64,000 nucleotides of DNA from Mustelus asterias (lineage: Eukaryota): the NCBI RefSeq assembly GCF_964213995.1, contig NC_135824.1, forward strand, positions 30,318,001-30,382,000, read 5' to 3'. Position 1 is the stretch's first letter. Each line of letters begins with the position of its first letter. The notes under the pieces are model-generated. The model saw nothing but the letters and a program-made list of their open reading frames with translations. It had not been told where the DNA came from and ran no database searches. Positions 1 through 11,957 of this stretch are shown here, one piece after another. The translations under genes and the position numbers were made by a program.

Positions 1-80
1 AATCCAAGTTGTTCATTCTGCTTCTCTCTCCACAGATGTTGCTGGACCAACTGAGGATTTCCAGCATTTTCTGTTTTTGT
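1..80 (+). mobile_element. PLE terminal-repeat fragment (family 2)
   Basis: ctctccacagatg...tttccagcattttctgtttttg matches the copies at 18349-18528 and 53595-53692. Confidence 0.55.
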
Positions 81-565
81 CGCCATGCAAAGGGTTTTAT
101 GATCTTGGTCGATGGATAGGAAATAACGTCAAGAATAAAATAAACATTTTCCCAAAGGAAAGGAGGCGATGGGGGTGAGAATCGAGGGCAACAGCTGACA
201 GACATTACCCCCAAAAGTGCTGCATTCCCGCAGTGACCTGTGATAGGTTTCAGTTCAAAACAATCTCTTATGCAGCTGAGGAAGGGACAAGAAAGAATCT
301 AAAAATGCTGCTAAAATCTATTGTTCTTCAAGGAACTGTGTCGGTTTAAGAAGCAAGATTTGTTTCCCAGAACAATACAGTTCCACACAGTTCCTTCTCT
401 TCACTCTGGGGAATGTAAATCTCTGCAACAGAAGCTGTTCCCTCATGACTTTACGAAGAAAATCACTTAAACTTGGAAAATATTTTTCCAAAGATTGCTG
501 GCACCTGCTCAACATGACATCAGTGTGCGACTGAGAATTTCAACTCATCCGTCATGTTTACAACT

Positions 566-1392
566 TGGGAGAGGGAGGGATTTAGAGAGAGAGAGAGAGG
601 AGGGAGAAAGAGAGAGGGGAGGGAGAGAGAGAAGAAATGGAGAGAGAAAGAGGAGGGAGAAAAAGAGGGGAGGAATAGAGAGAGGGGAGGGAGAAAGAGA
701 GGGGAAGTAGAGAGGGGAGAGAGGGGAGGGACAGAGAGAGGGGAGGGAGAGAGGGGGAGGGAGAGAGAGAGGGGAGGGAGAGAAGGGGAAGGAGAGCAGG
801 GGGAGAGAGGGGGGGAAGTAGAGAGGGGAGAGAGGGGGGAGAGAGGGGGGGAAGTAGAGAGGGGAGAGAGGGGGGAGGGAAGAGGAAGGAGAGGGGAAGG
901 GAGAGAGGGGATGGAGAGAGGGAGAGAGAGAGGGAGGGAAAGAGGGAGAGAGAGAGAGAGAGGGAAGGGGGAGAGAGAAGCGAGGCAGAGGGGGAAGGAG
1001 AGAGGGAAGATAGAGAGAGGAGGGAGGGAGGGAGAGAGGAAAGGCGGAGAGACAGGGGAGAGCGGGAGAAAGGAGAGGAAGAGAGGGAATGGAGATAGGG
1101 AGGGAGAGAGGGAGAAGGAGGGAGGGGGAGAGGGGAAGAAGGGCGAATGGGGAGGTAGAGAGCAGAGGGAGAGAGGGGAGGGAGGGAGGGAGAGAGGGGA
1201 AGGAGAGCAGGGAGACAGAGAGGGGAGAGAGGGAGATGGAGAAATGAAGAAAGGGAAGGTGGGAGGGGAGGGAGAGAAGGGAGAGAGGGCAAAGTGAGAG
1301 GGGAGTGGGAGGGAGGAAAACAGAAGGTAGACAGGGAGAGTGGAAGGGATGGAGAGAGGGAGGGAAGGAGAAAACTAACAAAGGAGGGAGGT
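566..1392. repeat. Polypurine (GA/GGA-rich) low-complexity tract, about 820 bp
   Basis: Almost entirely G and A on the + strand. Confidence 0.97.
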
Positions 1393-2227
1393 TTTGAGAT
1401 TTACAAATCTAAAAAATACAAGCATTCACCTTTAACCTTTAACCCATGCCTGGTTATCTCTGAATTGCTGCAATGATCAGGTATTAATCCCCGAGACAAG
1501 CCAGAAAAGGATTTAATCAGAAATCAGAGGGAAGAAGTTTCAGAAATGTTTAGCAGACATTCTAGAATAATGCATCATAATATTCTCACGTCATTATGAG
1601 CAGTGGGTTCATGATCAGGTGACAGGATTAAAGGATCCCAGGAACATCGCAGTGTCCCAGCATTGATAGGACAGGCCGGATGGGAAACTGTTTTGTTTTT
1701 AGCAAGAAATAAAATGGGTCCAATATTCAAATTCAGGATGGATTTGTTAATTTGAGGGGGCGATTGCGTGGAAGCTGAGGTCAGAGGGTAACTCAGGCAG
1801 CAAACGTTACAAGGCACATGATTCCCACCCAGCAGGAACTCCACAGGGAAAATTTTAACATTGTGTTAAATCTGTCTCCAAACGCAGTGATGGCAGCACC
1901 GACATGATCGATAGGAGTTTGTCAATTCCAGCTTGGGCAATAAATACAGCACGGCCTGTGGGTTTGGAGAGCAAAGAAATCATTGAAAAAAATCATTGGC
2001 CACTCTATTTCTATAGCTCATTAACTCAGATGGTGAAAGTGGCAAAGTTCATTCAAACATCATCTATTAAAGTGGCTCCTTCTTGCAGAGCTGGACAGCC
2101 ACTTGGAGATTGTCATTTTATACAGTGATTAGCATGGCCCCAGAATGCTCTAAGTCTTTCACAGCCAATGAATTATTGTTGACGTCTTGTCACTGTTACT
2201 GTGCAGGCCGACATAGCCACTGAAGTT

Positions 2228-2535
2228 TTTAAAGTTTATTTATTAGTCACAAATAAGGCTTACATTAACACTGCAATGAAATTACTGTGAAAACCCCCTA
2301 GTTGCCACACTCCGGCACCTGTTTGGGTACGCTGAGGGAGAATTTAACATGGCCTATGCACCTAACCAGCACGTCTTTTGGACTGTGAGAGGACACCAGA
2401 GCACCTGGAGGAAACCCAAGCAGACACGGGGAGAACGTGCAAACTCCACACAGACAGTGACCCAAGCTGGGAATCGAACCCAGGTGTCTGGCGCTGTGAG
2501 GCAGCAATGCTAACTACTGTACCCCCGTGCCGCTC
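2228..2535 (-). mobile_element. tRNA-derived V-SINE (HE1-like), tail type B
   Basis: A/B-box head, V-like body and tail ending ...tgtgactaataaataaac. Confidence 0.85.
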
Positions 2536-2580
2536 CAGCAGGTGAGGGAGGTTAGACTCGGGTCATCCAGTTCCTCTGTT

Positions 2581-2677
2581 CTTGACCTTATTGACCTCTT
2601 GACCTTATTGACCTCTTGACCTTATTGACCTCTTGACCTTATTGACCTCTTGACCTTGCTGACCTCTTGACCTTATT
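2581..2677. repeat. 17-bp tandem repeat (CTTGACCTTATTGACCT), about 5.7 copies
   Basis: Read directly; one variant unit at 2649-2665. Confidence 0.95.
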
Positions 2678-2679
2678 CC

Positions 2680-3290
2680 CACCGAGCTGCTCACCACCTC
2701 CTTTCCACTGCTGGGCTTATAATCTGTTCCTTCTCCCACTGTTCCCCTCCCTTTCAAAACCGCTGCCAGTCTCCATGCCACAACTCTTCTGGATTTGCTG
2801 ACTGCTGCCTACCTCAAACCCAGTTTTACTCCTCAAAGCCCTTGAGTGTTTTGTCTCCTGGCCCCGTTCCCACCTCCCCCCGCACTGCTCCCTGCTTCAG
2901 CCCCTTCGATCAAGTTTCTGTCCCTGTCACGGCATCGCAGCGTCGCTCATTAAACCACAAAGGGCAGTCTCTGCAACGGTGACCATGAGCCGCTGTCCCT
3001 ACTCATCCTGCTTGACTTCTCCTATGACATGGGTGACCTTCCCAATTTGTTCCCATGTTTTCCATGGTCTAACAATGGGACAACTCCCTCTTACTTACAA
3101 GTGCAGCAACGGCATCTGTAGGAGTAGGGGGGGAGCTCCCCATTCCACCACCATGTCATCCATTCTTGACTCCCTTCCCATCCGTTACTACATGCAGCAC
3201 CTTCGCGACATCATCCACTTTTATGGAATCAGTTTTGTGTTCACTGATAACACCCAGCTTTAGATCTTCTCCACTTCTCCCAATCCCTGC
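2680..3290 (+). mobile_element. Highly decayed L2-like LINE RT remnant
   Basis: Pyrimidine-rich; ends in FTDNTQL, resembling YADDTQL. Confidence 0.5.
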
Positions 3291-3964
3291 CATCCCTCTG
3301 TTATATATTGTATCTCAGAGCAATGCCAAGATTACACTCATGTCTAAGTGTACAACAGGTTCCTTTACAAGAGTTTAAAAGTATCTCGGCCATCACAAAA
3401 TGTCTGCAGCCCCATGCTTGCAGTTCTAGTGGCTTCTGTGGTGTCTGTTTACTTTGCTCAGAATCCACACCCAGGCTTAACTAATTGAGGACAGTAAGCA
3501 TGGATCAGTTACCAGACTTTCAGAATCGAACACAAAACAAGTTAGCAATTAACAGTATTCCTGCCTCTTCACTGTTGGACTCCTGTCCGACGTGCAAAAG
3601 TGCTGGAATTTTCTGAGGTTCACACCGGGAATCCGACATTTATTGGGTGGGATTTTATAGCCTCACTTGTCCCAAAACTGTAAAACTGAACTTTCCATGG
3701 TCCGCCCCTCACCCACTGCGATTCCAGTGGCGGATGGGACGGTACAACTCTGGCCATTGTGTCCGGAGTGGAAGACACTGTAAACTCCCAGAACTCCACT
3801 TCGAGCCCCTTCCATGTCACTGTACAGCTGCCAACCCCCCAGTGTTGTCCTGGAGTCTCCAGGAATTAAAGATTAATCTCCAGGACACTGCTGTGTGCGA
3901 CTCTGGAGAGAAATCATCGGGACATTAAAAAGGGTTTATATTTTTAACATTTCCTTGGAGCACT

Positions 3965-5150
3965 TAAGACCATAAGACCATAAGACATAGGAGCGGAAGT
4001 AAGGCCATTCGGCCCATCGAGTCCACTCCACCATTCAATCATGGTTGATTTCAACTCCATTTACCCGCTCTCTCCCCATAGCCCTTAATTCCTCGAGAAA
4101 TCAAGAATTTATCAATTTCTGTCTTGAAGACGCTTAACGTCTCGGCCTCCACAGCCCTCTGTGGCAATGAATTCCACAGACCCACCACTCTCTGGCTGAA
4201 GAAATTTCTCCTCATCTCTGTTCTAAAGTGACTCCCTTTTATTCTAAGGCTGTGCCCCCGCGTCCTAGTCTCCCCTGCTAATGGAAACAACTTCCCTACG
4301 TCCATCCTATCTAAGCCGTTCATTATCTTGTAAGTTTCTATTAGATCTCCCCTCAACCTCCTAAACTCCAATGAATACAATCCCACGATCCTCAGACGTT
4401 CATCGTATGTCAGGCCTACCATTCCCGGGATCATCCGTGTGAATCTCCGCTGGACCCGCTCCAATGCCAGTATGTCCTTCCTGAGGTGTGGGGCCCAAAA
4501 TTGCTCACAGTACTCCAAATGGGGCCTAACCAGTGCTTTATAAAGCCTCAGAAGTACATCCCTGCTTTTGTATTCCAAGCCTCTTGAGATAAATGACAAC
4601 ATTACATTTGCTTTCTTAATTACGGACTCAACCTGCAAGTTTACCTTTAGAGAATCCTGGACTAGGACTCCCAAGTCCCTTTGCACTTTAGCATTATGAA
4701 TTTTGTCACCGTTTAGAAAATAGTCCATGCCTCTATTCTTTTTTCCAAAGTGCAAGACCTCGCACTTGCCCACGTTGAATTTCATCAGCCACTTCTTGGA
4801 CCACTCTCCTAAACTGTCTAAATCTTTCTGCAGCCTCCCCACCTCCTCAATACTACCTGCCCCTCCACCTATCTTTGTATCATCGGCAAACTTGGCCAGA
4901 ATGCCCCCAGTCCCGTCATCTAGATCGTTAATATATAAAGAGAACAGCTGTGGCCCCAACACTGAACCCTACGGGACACCACTTGTCACCGGTTGCCATT
5001 CTGAGAAAGAACCTTTTATCCCAACTCTCTGCCTTCTGTCTGACAGCCAATCGTCAATCCATGTTAGTACCTTGCCTCGAATACCACGGGCCCTTATTTT
5101 ACTCAGCAGTCTCCCGTGAGGCACCTTGTCAAAGGCCTTTTGGAAGTCAA
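3965..5150 (-). mobile_element. CR1-clade LINE, 5'-truncated, relatively young (RT C-terminal part)
   Basis: ORFs 4969..5229 (DFQKAFDKVPH) and 4051..4962 (LGPQLF, FADDTK, RDLGV, LVRPHLEY); short tandem 3' tail at 3965-3990. Confidence 0.95.
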
Positions 5151-5210
5151 TCTTTCCCTTTACCAGATAAGAATACTGAAAATGGGGGGAAAAAAGGGTG
5201 TTTGGTGGAC

Positions 5211-6443
5211 AAGTATCTGGATGGAACACTTGCCTTTATCAATTGAGGCATAGATTACAAAAGCAGGGAAGTCATGTTGGAGTTGTATAGAACTTTGGTG
5301 AGGACACAGCTAGAGTACTGTGTGCAGTCTCTGGTTGCCACATTATAGGAAGTGTTAGCGCGAGTGGGTGAACACGACCACTTCGGACTCAGAGTCAGGT
5401 TCAACAGCGGTCCAGCTTTATTGACGTCGACGGAGGTGCAATCAGGACATACAAACAGCACTGTCCCGAAAGCACTCTGAAGGCCTGCCGCAATGGGCTA
5501 CCGTTATACTCGAACTTTGATACGTTGTATGATTCAAATGTTAATGTTTTGTTTACAGTATTTGACTCTGACCATTCTGTGGTTGATGTGTTAAGTCTGG
5601 TGATTGCCCAGTCTAGGGAGGTGATAATTGTTTGAGATCTCCGGGGTTTCTTATACAATAGGTGTTTAATTGGATATCAGGAAGTCTTCCAAGTCTCGGA
5701 GGCCTTCTGAAGTGTTTGATAAGGGCTTCCTGATATCCTTGGAGCCAATTTAATTAAATGGAAGGTTATGCTAATGTGAGTTCCTGACTCCCTTTGTCTG
5801 CCTTGTTTCTGCATTTTAAAAGACCTGCTTGTCTGTTCACACTTTGTGCCTGGGTGCTGCTTTGTCCTGTTTCATTTATTTGATTTTATTCTAAGAAATA
5901 TTTAATCTAAGGAATCACAGAAATTTGTGTCCGCTTACAGAAGGATGTGATTGCACTGGAGGGGGTGCAGAGGAGATTCACCAGGATGCTGCCTGGGATG
6001 GAACATTTAAGTTATGAAGAGAGGTTGGGTAGGCTTAGGTTGTTTTCATTGGAGGCAGAGAAGACTGAGGGGCGACCTGATTGAGGTGTACAAGATTATG
6101 AGGGACATAGAGTGGATAAAGAATAGCTGTTCCCCTTAGTTGAAGGGTCATTCACCACAGGACATAGGTTCAAGGTGAGGGGCAGGAGGTTTAGGGGGGA
6201 TGTGAGGAAAAACTCTTTTACCCAGAGGGTGGTCACGGTCTGGAATGCGCTGCCTGGGAAGCTGGTAGAGGCGGGTTGCCTCACAGCCTTTAAAAAGTAT
6301 CTGGATAAGCACTTGACACATTCAGGGCTATGGGCCAAGTGCTGGCAAGTGGGATTAGGTGGGAGTTCAGGTGTTTCTAATGTTTCAGTGCAAACTCGAT
6401 GGGCCGAAGGGCCTCTTCTGCGCTGTATAGTTCGATGATTCTA
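5211..6443 (+). mobile_element. CR1-clade LINE 3' fragment interrupted by a solo LTR
   Basis: Decayed RT C-terminus (RGDVRKNSFTQRVV..WNALP) and a gatgattcta tail. Confidence 0.88.
5353..5939 (-). mobile_element. Solo LTR (587 bp) with 4-bp TSD
   Basis: TG...CA termini with near-perfect 8-bp inverted ends (TGTTAGCG/CGCTTACA). GAAG is duplicated at 5349-5352 and 5940-5943. AATAAA on - near 5417. Removing it restores the CR1 sequence. Confidence 0.85.
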
Positions 6444-7266
6444 TGACATCACAGTCAAGCCATCATTCAATTGCTTTGCAGTTGACACAGGAAGGAGAAA
6501 TGTTACAAGGGTGTATTGCTGCAATATTGGCTGGGGCATTTTGGGCAAATCATGTGACGGAATCTCCAGGAATGCACTCAGTCGCAGTTGGCAACCCAAT
6601 GTCACTGCCTCAGGATGAATCAGACTTCTTGGCTTCCAAATTGAGCCCACTTTCCAAACTCCACAGCCTCAGAAAGAGACCACCCAGCTCCTGGATCTTG
6701 GTGGTCAGATACACGAGAACAGCGGCCATGTAGGCAGGGGCCGTGAGGGAGGGAGTTCCAGGATTTTGACTCCGGGGCAGTGAAAGAGATGGTGAGTCAG
6801 GATGGGGTGCAGCTTGGTGAGGTGATGTCTGCAAGCGTGTAGACCCTTGTCCTTCTATTTGGTAGAGGTCACGGGTTTGGAAGATGCTGTTGCAGAGCCT
6901 TGGTGAGTTGCTAGCTTTCTTATACACTCTTAAATTTAATTCCACTGCACTGTTACTTCTCAATGGTGTCACATTGGTGTTACTTATATAGGGTGGCACG
7001 GTGTTAGTGGTTAGCACTGCTGCCTCACAGCTCCAAGGACCCGGGTTCAATTCGCGGCTTGGGTCACTGTCTGTGTGGAGTTTGCATCTTCTCCCCATGT
7101 CTACGTGGATTTCCTCCGGGTGCTCCGGTTTCCTCCCACAGTCCAAAAGACGTGTTGGTTAGGGTGCATTGGCCATGCTAAATTCTCCCTCAGTGTACCC
7201 GAACAGGCACCAGAGTGTAGTGACCAGGAAATTTTCACAGTAACTTCACTGCAGTGTTAATGTAAG

Positions 7267-7455
7267 TCATGATGTTGTAAGTATTCGCATTCCAACCATT
7301 ATTCATGTAAATTGAGTCTGTGTCTTTATAAGTTCTGTTTGTGAACAGAATTCCCACTCACCTGAAGAAGGGGCTTAGAGCTTCGAAAGCTTGTGTGGCT
7401 TTTGCTACCAAATAAACCTGTTGGACTTTAACCTGGTGTTGTTAAACTTCTTACT
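7267..7455 (+). mobile_element. PLE pLTR fragment (family 1) with 13-bp TSD
   Basis: Matches 62740-62914. TSD at 7254-7266 and 7456-7468. Confidence 0.85.
7359..7395 (+). ncRNA. Minimal type I hammerhead ribozyme motif
   Basis: cac-CTGAAGA-a-ggggct tag agcttc-GAA-AGCT-T-gtg. Confidence 0.65.
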
Positions 7456-8289
7456 GTGTTAATGTAAGCCTACCTGTGACACGAATAAAACTTAATTATT
7501 GACTATTTCTTCACCACGTGCGCTCCCTCCCTCACCCTCGGCTGTGTCCTTTTCCCCAGAGTTGGTGAAGACATTATTTCCTTGAATTCCCAAATGCTTC
7601 CAATCACCGATGATCGATCTCGAACGAAGACAATTGCTTTCACAATTTTAACAAGCAGCGATGGTTTTTGAGTATATTTGAATACTTCTTCCCACCCCAA
7701 AACATAATGAATAGAGTCATAAAGTCATAGAGGTTTACAGCATGGAAACAGGCCCTTTGGCCCAACTTGTCCATGCCGCCCAGTTTTTACCACTGAACTG
7801 GTCCCAATTGTCCACATTTGGTCCATCTCCCTCTATACCCATCTTACCCATGTAACTGTCTAAATGCTTTTTAAAAGACAAAATTGCACCCGCTTCTATT
7901 ACTACCTCTGTCAGCTTGCTTCAGACACTCACCACCCTCTGAGTGAAACAATTGCCCCTCTGGACAATTTTGTATCTCTCCCCTCTCAGCTTGAACCTAT
8001 GCCCTCTCGTTTTAGACTCCCCTATCTTTGGAAAAGGGAACCTCGTTTCAGATGACACCATTTGAAATCAGAGCAGCGTTGGACACTCACTCACTGCCTT
8101 CTGTAAACGCTGAGGGATTTCGGAATGTTTCTGCCAGGATCCTCCCACCTCTATAATATTGACTACCCCTGCCTCAGCTTAGCTCGTACTGAGATACCCA
8201 TCCATACCATTGTCACCTTTAAACTCATTCCCGAATTCATTTCACCAGCTTTACCCCCTCCATGAACGGTTGTGCATCCTAATCTATTC

Positions 8290-8640
8290 TTATCCATTCC
8301 TGGGACATGGGTGTCGCTGGCTGTCCAGCATTTATTGCCCATCCCTAGTTGCCCGAAGGCAGTTGAGAGTCAACCACATTGCTGTGGCTCTGGAGTCACA
8401 TGTAGGCCAGACCAGGTAAGGATGGCAGATTTCCTTCCCTAAAGGACATTGGTGAACCAGATGGTACTTTCCGACAATCGATAATGGTTTCATCAGTAGA
8501 TTCTTAATTCCAGATATTTTTTATTGAATTCAAATTCCACCATCTGCCGTGGCGGGATTCGAACCCTGGTCCCCAGAACATTGGCTGAGTCTCTGGTTTA
8601 ATAGGCTGGCGATAATACTACTAGGCCATCGCCTCCCCAC
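8290..8640 (-). mobile_element. tRNA-derived SINE, third type (gggcaataaatgctgg tail)
   Basis: Same family as 14978-15585 and 44400-44740. Confidence 0.8.
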
Positions 8641-9409
8641 CCATCATGCTCTTGGCTCTCCTTGTGCATGTCCTTGCTCCCAGTGTGCAAATTTTAAAAA
8701 TATCAGCCTTGTGTTGAATGCTTTCCAGTTTCTCCTCTTCTGTAACCGCCTCCACCAATGGTGAGGCATCTTGGAAACGTGGGCCTAGAAATTCAGTTGT
8801 GCTGCGCCTGTTTGCCAGGCACTGAATGGGCACCAAATCTCCCGCTACATCGGGCAGCAAATACACGCCAACTACTGGGCAGAAGAGCATTGGCCACCAA
8901 ATCAGCACAGATGAGATAAGTAGGCGGGGCAAGTGGCTGAGGCACACACAAATACAAGCTCCAATGCCTTTTTTGAGTCTCTGTCCCCTCCAGTAGTCAG
9001 TGCTGGACTGGCCGCATTTAGGAAAGCGGTGTGCAGCCTAACTGGAGGCCCTTAAACAGGCCACCACCAAAAAGATGTACCTCAAAGGCATATCCCGATT
9101 TGTCCCAGCTTCATCCTGATTGCCCCCTTTTGCCTCCTCACCTACCGCCACCCCTGCCTCTGGCCCTCCACCTCGCTCACCTCCCCTTCCCTGTCATGCA
9201 CTCTTTTCTGGGGAGCTGCCCTTTCCGGGAATGAATCATAGAATTCTGACAGTGCAGAAAGAGGCCATTTGGCCCATCGAGCCTGCACCGACCACAATCC
9301 CCATCCCAGGTGACTAAAGCTCCCTGGTCTCCAAACAGCGAAGCCTGAGGCCCAATATTTGGTTCACTTCAGGGCCGAACGGTTCGGGGTTCTTCCTGGT
9401 GCCCCATCT

Positions 9410-9741
9410 TAGGGTTGCCAACCCTCCAGGATTGGCCTGGAGTTGCTGCTGTGTGCAACTCTGGAGGAAAATCATTGAGACATGGAATAAGTTGTTTTCC
9501 ATTGTCATTTTATTGCAACTTTTCTCCAGGTATAAAAATATCAAAAATGGGAAATAAAAGGTTGTTTAGCTGACAGCCAAGCATCATCCAATTGGGGAAC
9601 AAGTCTTTTTGCTTTTCAATTCATGTCGGAAGACCGTACATCACAAGGATGGATGTGTTGGTGGAATGATGCCTGGAGAGTGGGGGGAAAATCATGTGAT
9701 GGAACCTCCAGGAATACAATTAATCGCAGTTGGCAACCCTG
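9410..9741. mobile_element. hAT-like MITE
   Basis: TIRs AGGGTTGCCAAC / GTTGGCAACCCT; TSD not recognisable. Confidence 0.7.
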
Positions 9742-10138
9742 CACCCAAACCATCAATGATATTTTAGCCTTGTTCATGCACCTTGCATATTTGTCCACCA
9801 GATGTCAGCATTACACAGTTTTCTCAGAATTATTTATTTGCATTCAGGAATTCAGGCAACAAATCTGCTTTATGGATTTTTGCTCACTAGAGATTATTTC
9901 TACACAATACTGAAGGAATCCTCGATGTGCTAAACATGATAAAGAAACCTATGGGATTGTGGGTGTATTTAACTTTATTAACATTTAAAACTTCTGTTTT
10001 CAGACCAGATGTAATTGAATTTTGTGTTTGGATTGATATTTATTAACATCCAACAGGCAAGCGAGCTCAGTTGCTAGATAATGGGACCGGCAATCACAGG
10101 GTTATTACTTCAAGCCCCACCTGGGGTGGTGATTTTTA

Positions 10139-10462
10139 GGGTGACACAGTGGTTAGCACTGCTGCCTCACAGCGCCAGGGATGCGGGTTCAATTCCGGCC
10201 TTGGGTCACTGAATGTGTGGAGTTTGCACGTTCTCTGCTGGGTTTCCTCCGGGTGCTCCAGTTTCCTTCCACAGTCCGAAGTACGTGCGGGTTAGGTGGA
10301 TTGGCCGTGCTAAATTGCCCCTTAGTGTCCCAAGATGTGTAGATTAGGGGGATTAGCGGGGTAAAGACATGGGGTTACAGGGATAGGGTCTGGGTGGGGA
10401 TTGTGGTCGGTGCAGACTCGATGGGCCAAATGGCCTCCTTCTGCACTGTCGGGATTCTATGA
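10139..10462 (+). mobile_element. V-SINE (HE1-like), tail type A (CR1-like)
   Basis: Tail gactcgatgggccaaatggcctccttctgcactgt...attctatg resembles the CR1 3' end at 6390-6443. Confidence 0.88.
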
Positions 10463-10834
10463 TCCATTGTCAGTAATTTGATCTATTTGACTGTAGGATT
10501 TTACATGAAACACATTAAATGTTGTTTAACAGATCAAACGCCTTTGCAAATCTGGGCCGTAGATCTCCAATGTCAAAATGTAATAGGGGTGGAAAACTCC
10601 CTACACGCTTGTCAGGATATCCTGAATTGGCCAGGTATTCTTTATTGACTGAAAGTGGGTTGATTTCCAGAATTGAGTGTGGTAAGTCTTGGAACAGTTT
10701 GCAAATTTGCGGCAGGGATTCAGGTAACTGGAATGCTTTTAATCAATCAGTGCACTGTTTACACAGGGATTCGGGGGAAGTCATCAACTTGGTGCGGCAT
10801 TTGCTCAATTCCTTCACTGGGAGCATTAGATAGA

Positions 10835-11035
10835 GTGCGCTCAGTTGGCTGTACAGCTGGTTTGTGATGCAGAGCGAAGCCAACAGCGTGGGTTCGATTC
10901 CCGTACTGGCTGGGGTTATTCATGAAGGTCCCTCACCTGAGGTGTGGTGATCCTCAGGTTAAATCACCACCGGTCAGCTCTCCCCCTCAAAGGGGAGAGC
11001 AGCCTATGGTCATCTGGGACTATGGCAACTTTATC
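10835..11035 (+). mobile_element. Short tRNA-derived SINE (distinct family)
   Basis: A-box gctcagttgg and B-box ggttcgattcc; related head near 46100. Confidence 0.6.
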
Positions 11036-11142
11036 TTGTTACTCACTGAGCCCAGACTAATGGCCAAAGGACAGAATAGTGAGGGGTCAAAACTCTCAGG
11101 GGTGGGGGCATTGCCCTGTGAATACTGCACCCTGGGAGAAAA

Positions 11143-11352
11143 TGCTGCCATCAGGCTTTTGAATGGACCCACCATATATTAAGATGATCTTTCTCTACAC
11201 CCTAGCTATGACTGTAACACTACATTCTGTACCCTCTCCTTTCCTTCTCCCATATGTACTCTATGAACGGTATGCTTTGTCTGTATAGTGCGCAAGAAAC
11301 AATACTTTTCGCTGTATCCCAAAACATGTGACAGTAATAAATCAAATTCAAA
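11143..11352 (+). mobile_element. Rex1/Babar LINE 3' tail
   Basis: Matches 12390-12560. Confidence 0.8.
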
Positions 11353-11957
11353 ATTTGCCTTCTCTTTACAACACTCCATCATAGAATCATTCCCGCACAG
11401 GCCATACAACCCATCAAGTGTGTGCTAGTTGTCTGTCGAGCAAGTCTGTCACTCCAATTCCCTCAATTTAACCTCACAGACCTGTAAGTTTATCTGCCTC
11501 AAATGCACATCTAAACTCCTTTGAAATCACTGGTTGTCTCTAGTCGTAGGCCTGCTGCGTAAAGAAAATTCTTCCTCACAGTCCGCCACCCCTCCGCCCC
11601 CGACCAAAACCTTATGCCTATCTGTGACCCCGCGACTTTGTACCATCAGCTAATGGGGACAGCCTCTGTCTATTTTATCTGAACCTATCATAAACTTGGA
11701 CACCTCCATCAAATCTCCCCTCAGTCCCTCATAGGATTACAAATAAAACATGAACCAGCTATAAATTTGCTGCGGTCAGTTTTCAGTGCAAGAACTATGG
11801 TCACTGTTTAGAGATTTTCTAACTCCAATCTCAAATATTTGAAAAACCAGCCAGAAAACTGACACCTATTCAAAGACTTCATTTTGCGCAAATCACTACT
11901 CTGGGACTGACTCACAGAAATGGTGGCATGGTGGTTAGCACTGCTGCCTCACAGCTC

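Larger units (their letters stand above)
3826..6598. mobile_element. hAT-like MITE broken into three pieces (3826-3964, 5151-5210, 6444-6598) by nested insertions
   Basis: The pieces are collinear with the uninterrupted copy at 9410-9741; termini (g)ctgccaac...gttggcaaccc. Confidence 0.65.
6991..7490 (+). mobile_element. V-SINE, tail type B, with PLE insertion in its tail
   Basis: Complete head and body; tail split at duplicated GTGTTAATGTAAG. Confidence 0.85.

Noticed and set aside
545-1381. Long ORFs of 236-278 aa (ERG-rich or PSL-rich)
   Set aside because: Reading frames of the GA low-complexity tract, which lacks stop codons.
2581-2677. CRISPR-like array
   Set aside because: Contiguous tandem units without unique spacers, in a vertebrate context.
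4051-4962. 303-aa RT ORF as a host gene or retron-like system
   Set aside because: Ordinary 5'-truncated CR1 ORF2 with a LINE tail.
10139-10210. tRNA gene-like A/B boxes
   Set aside because: SINE heads continuing into SINE bodies; no complete cloverleaf.
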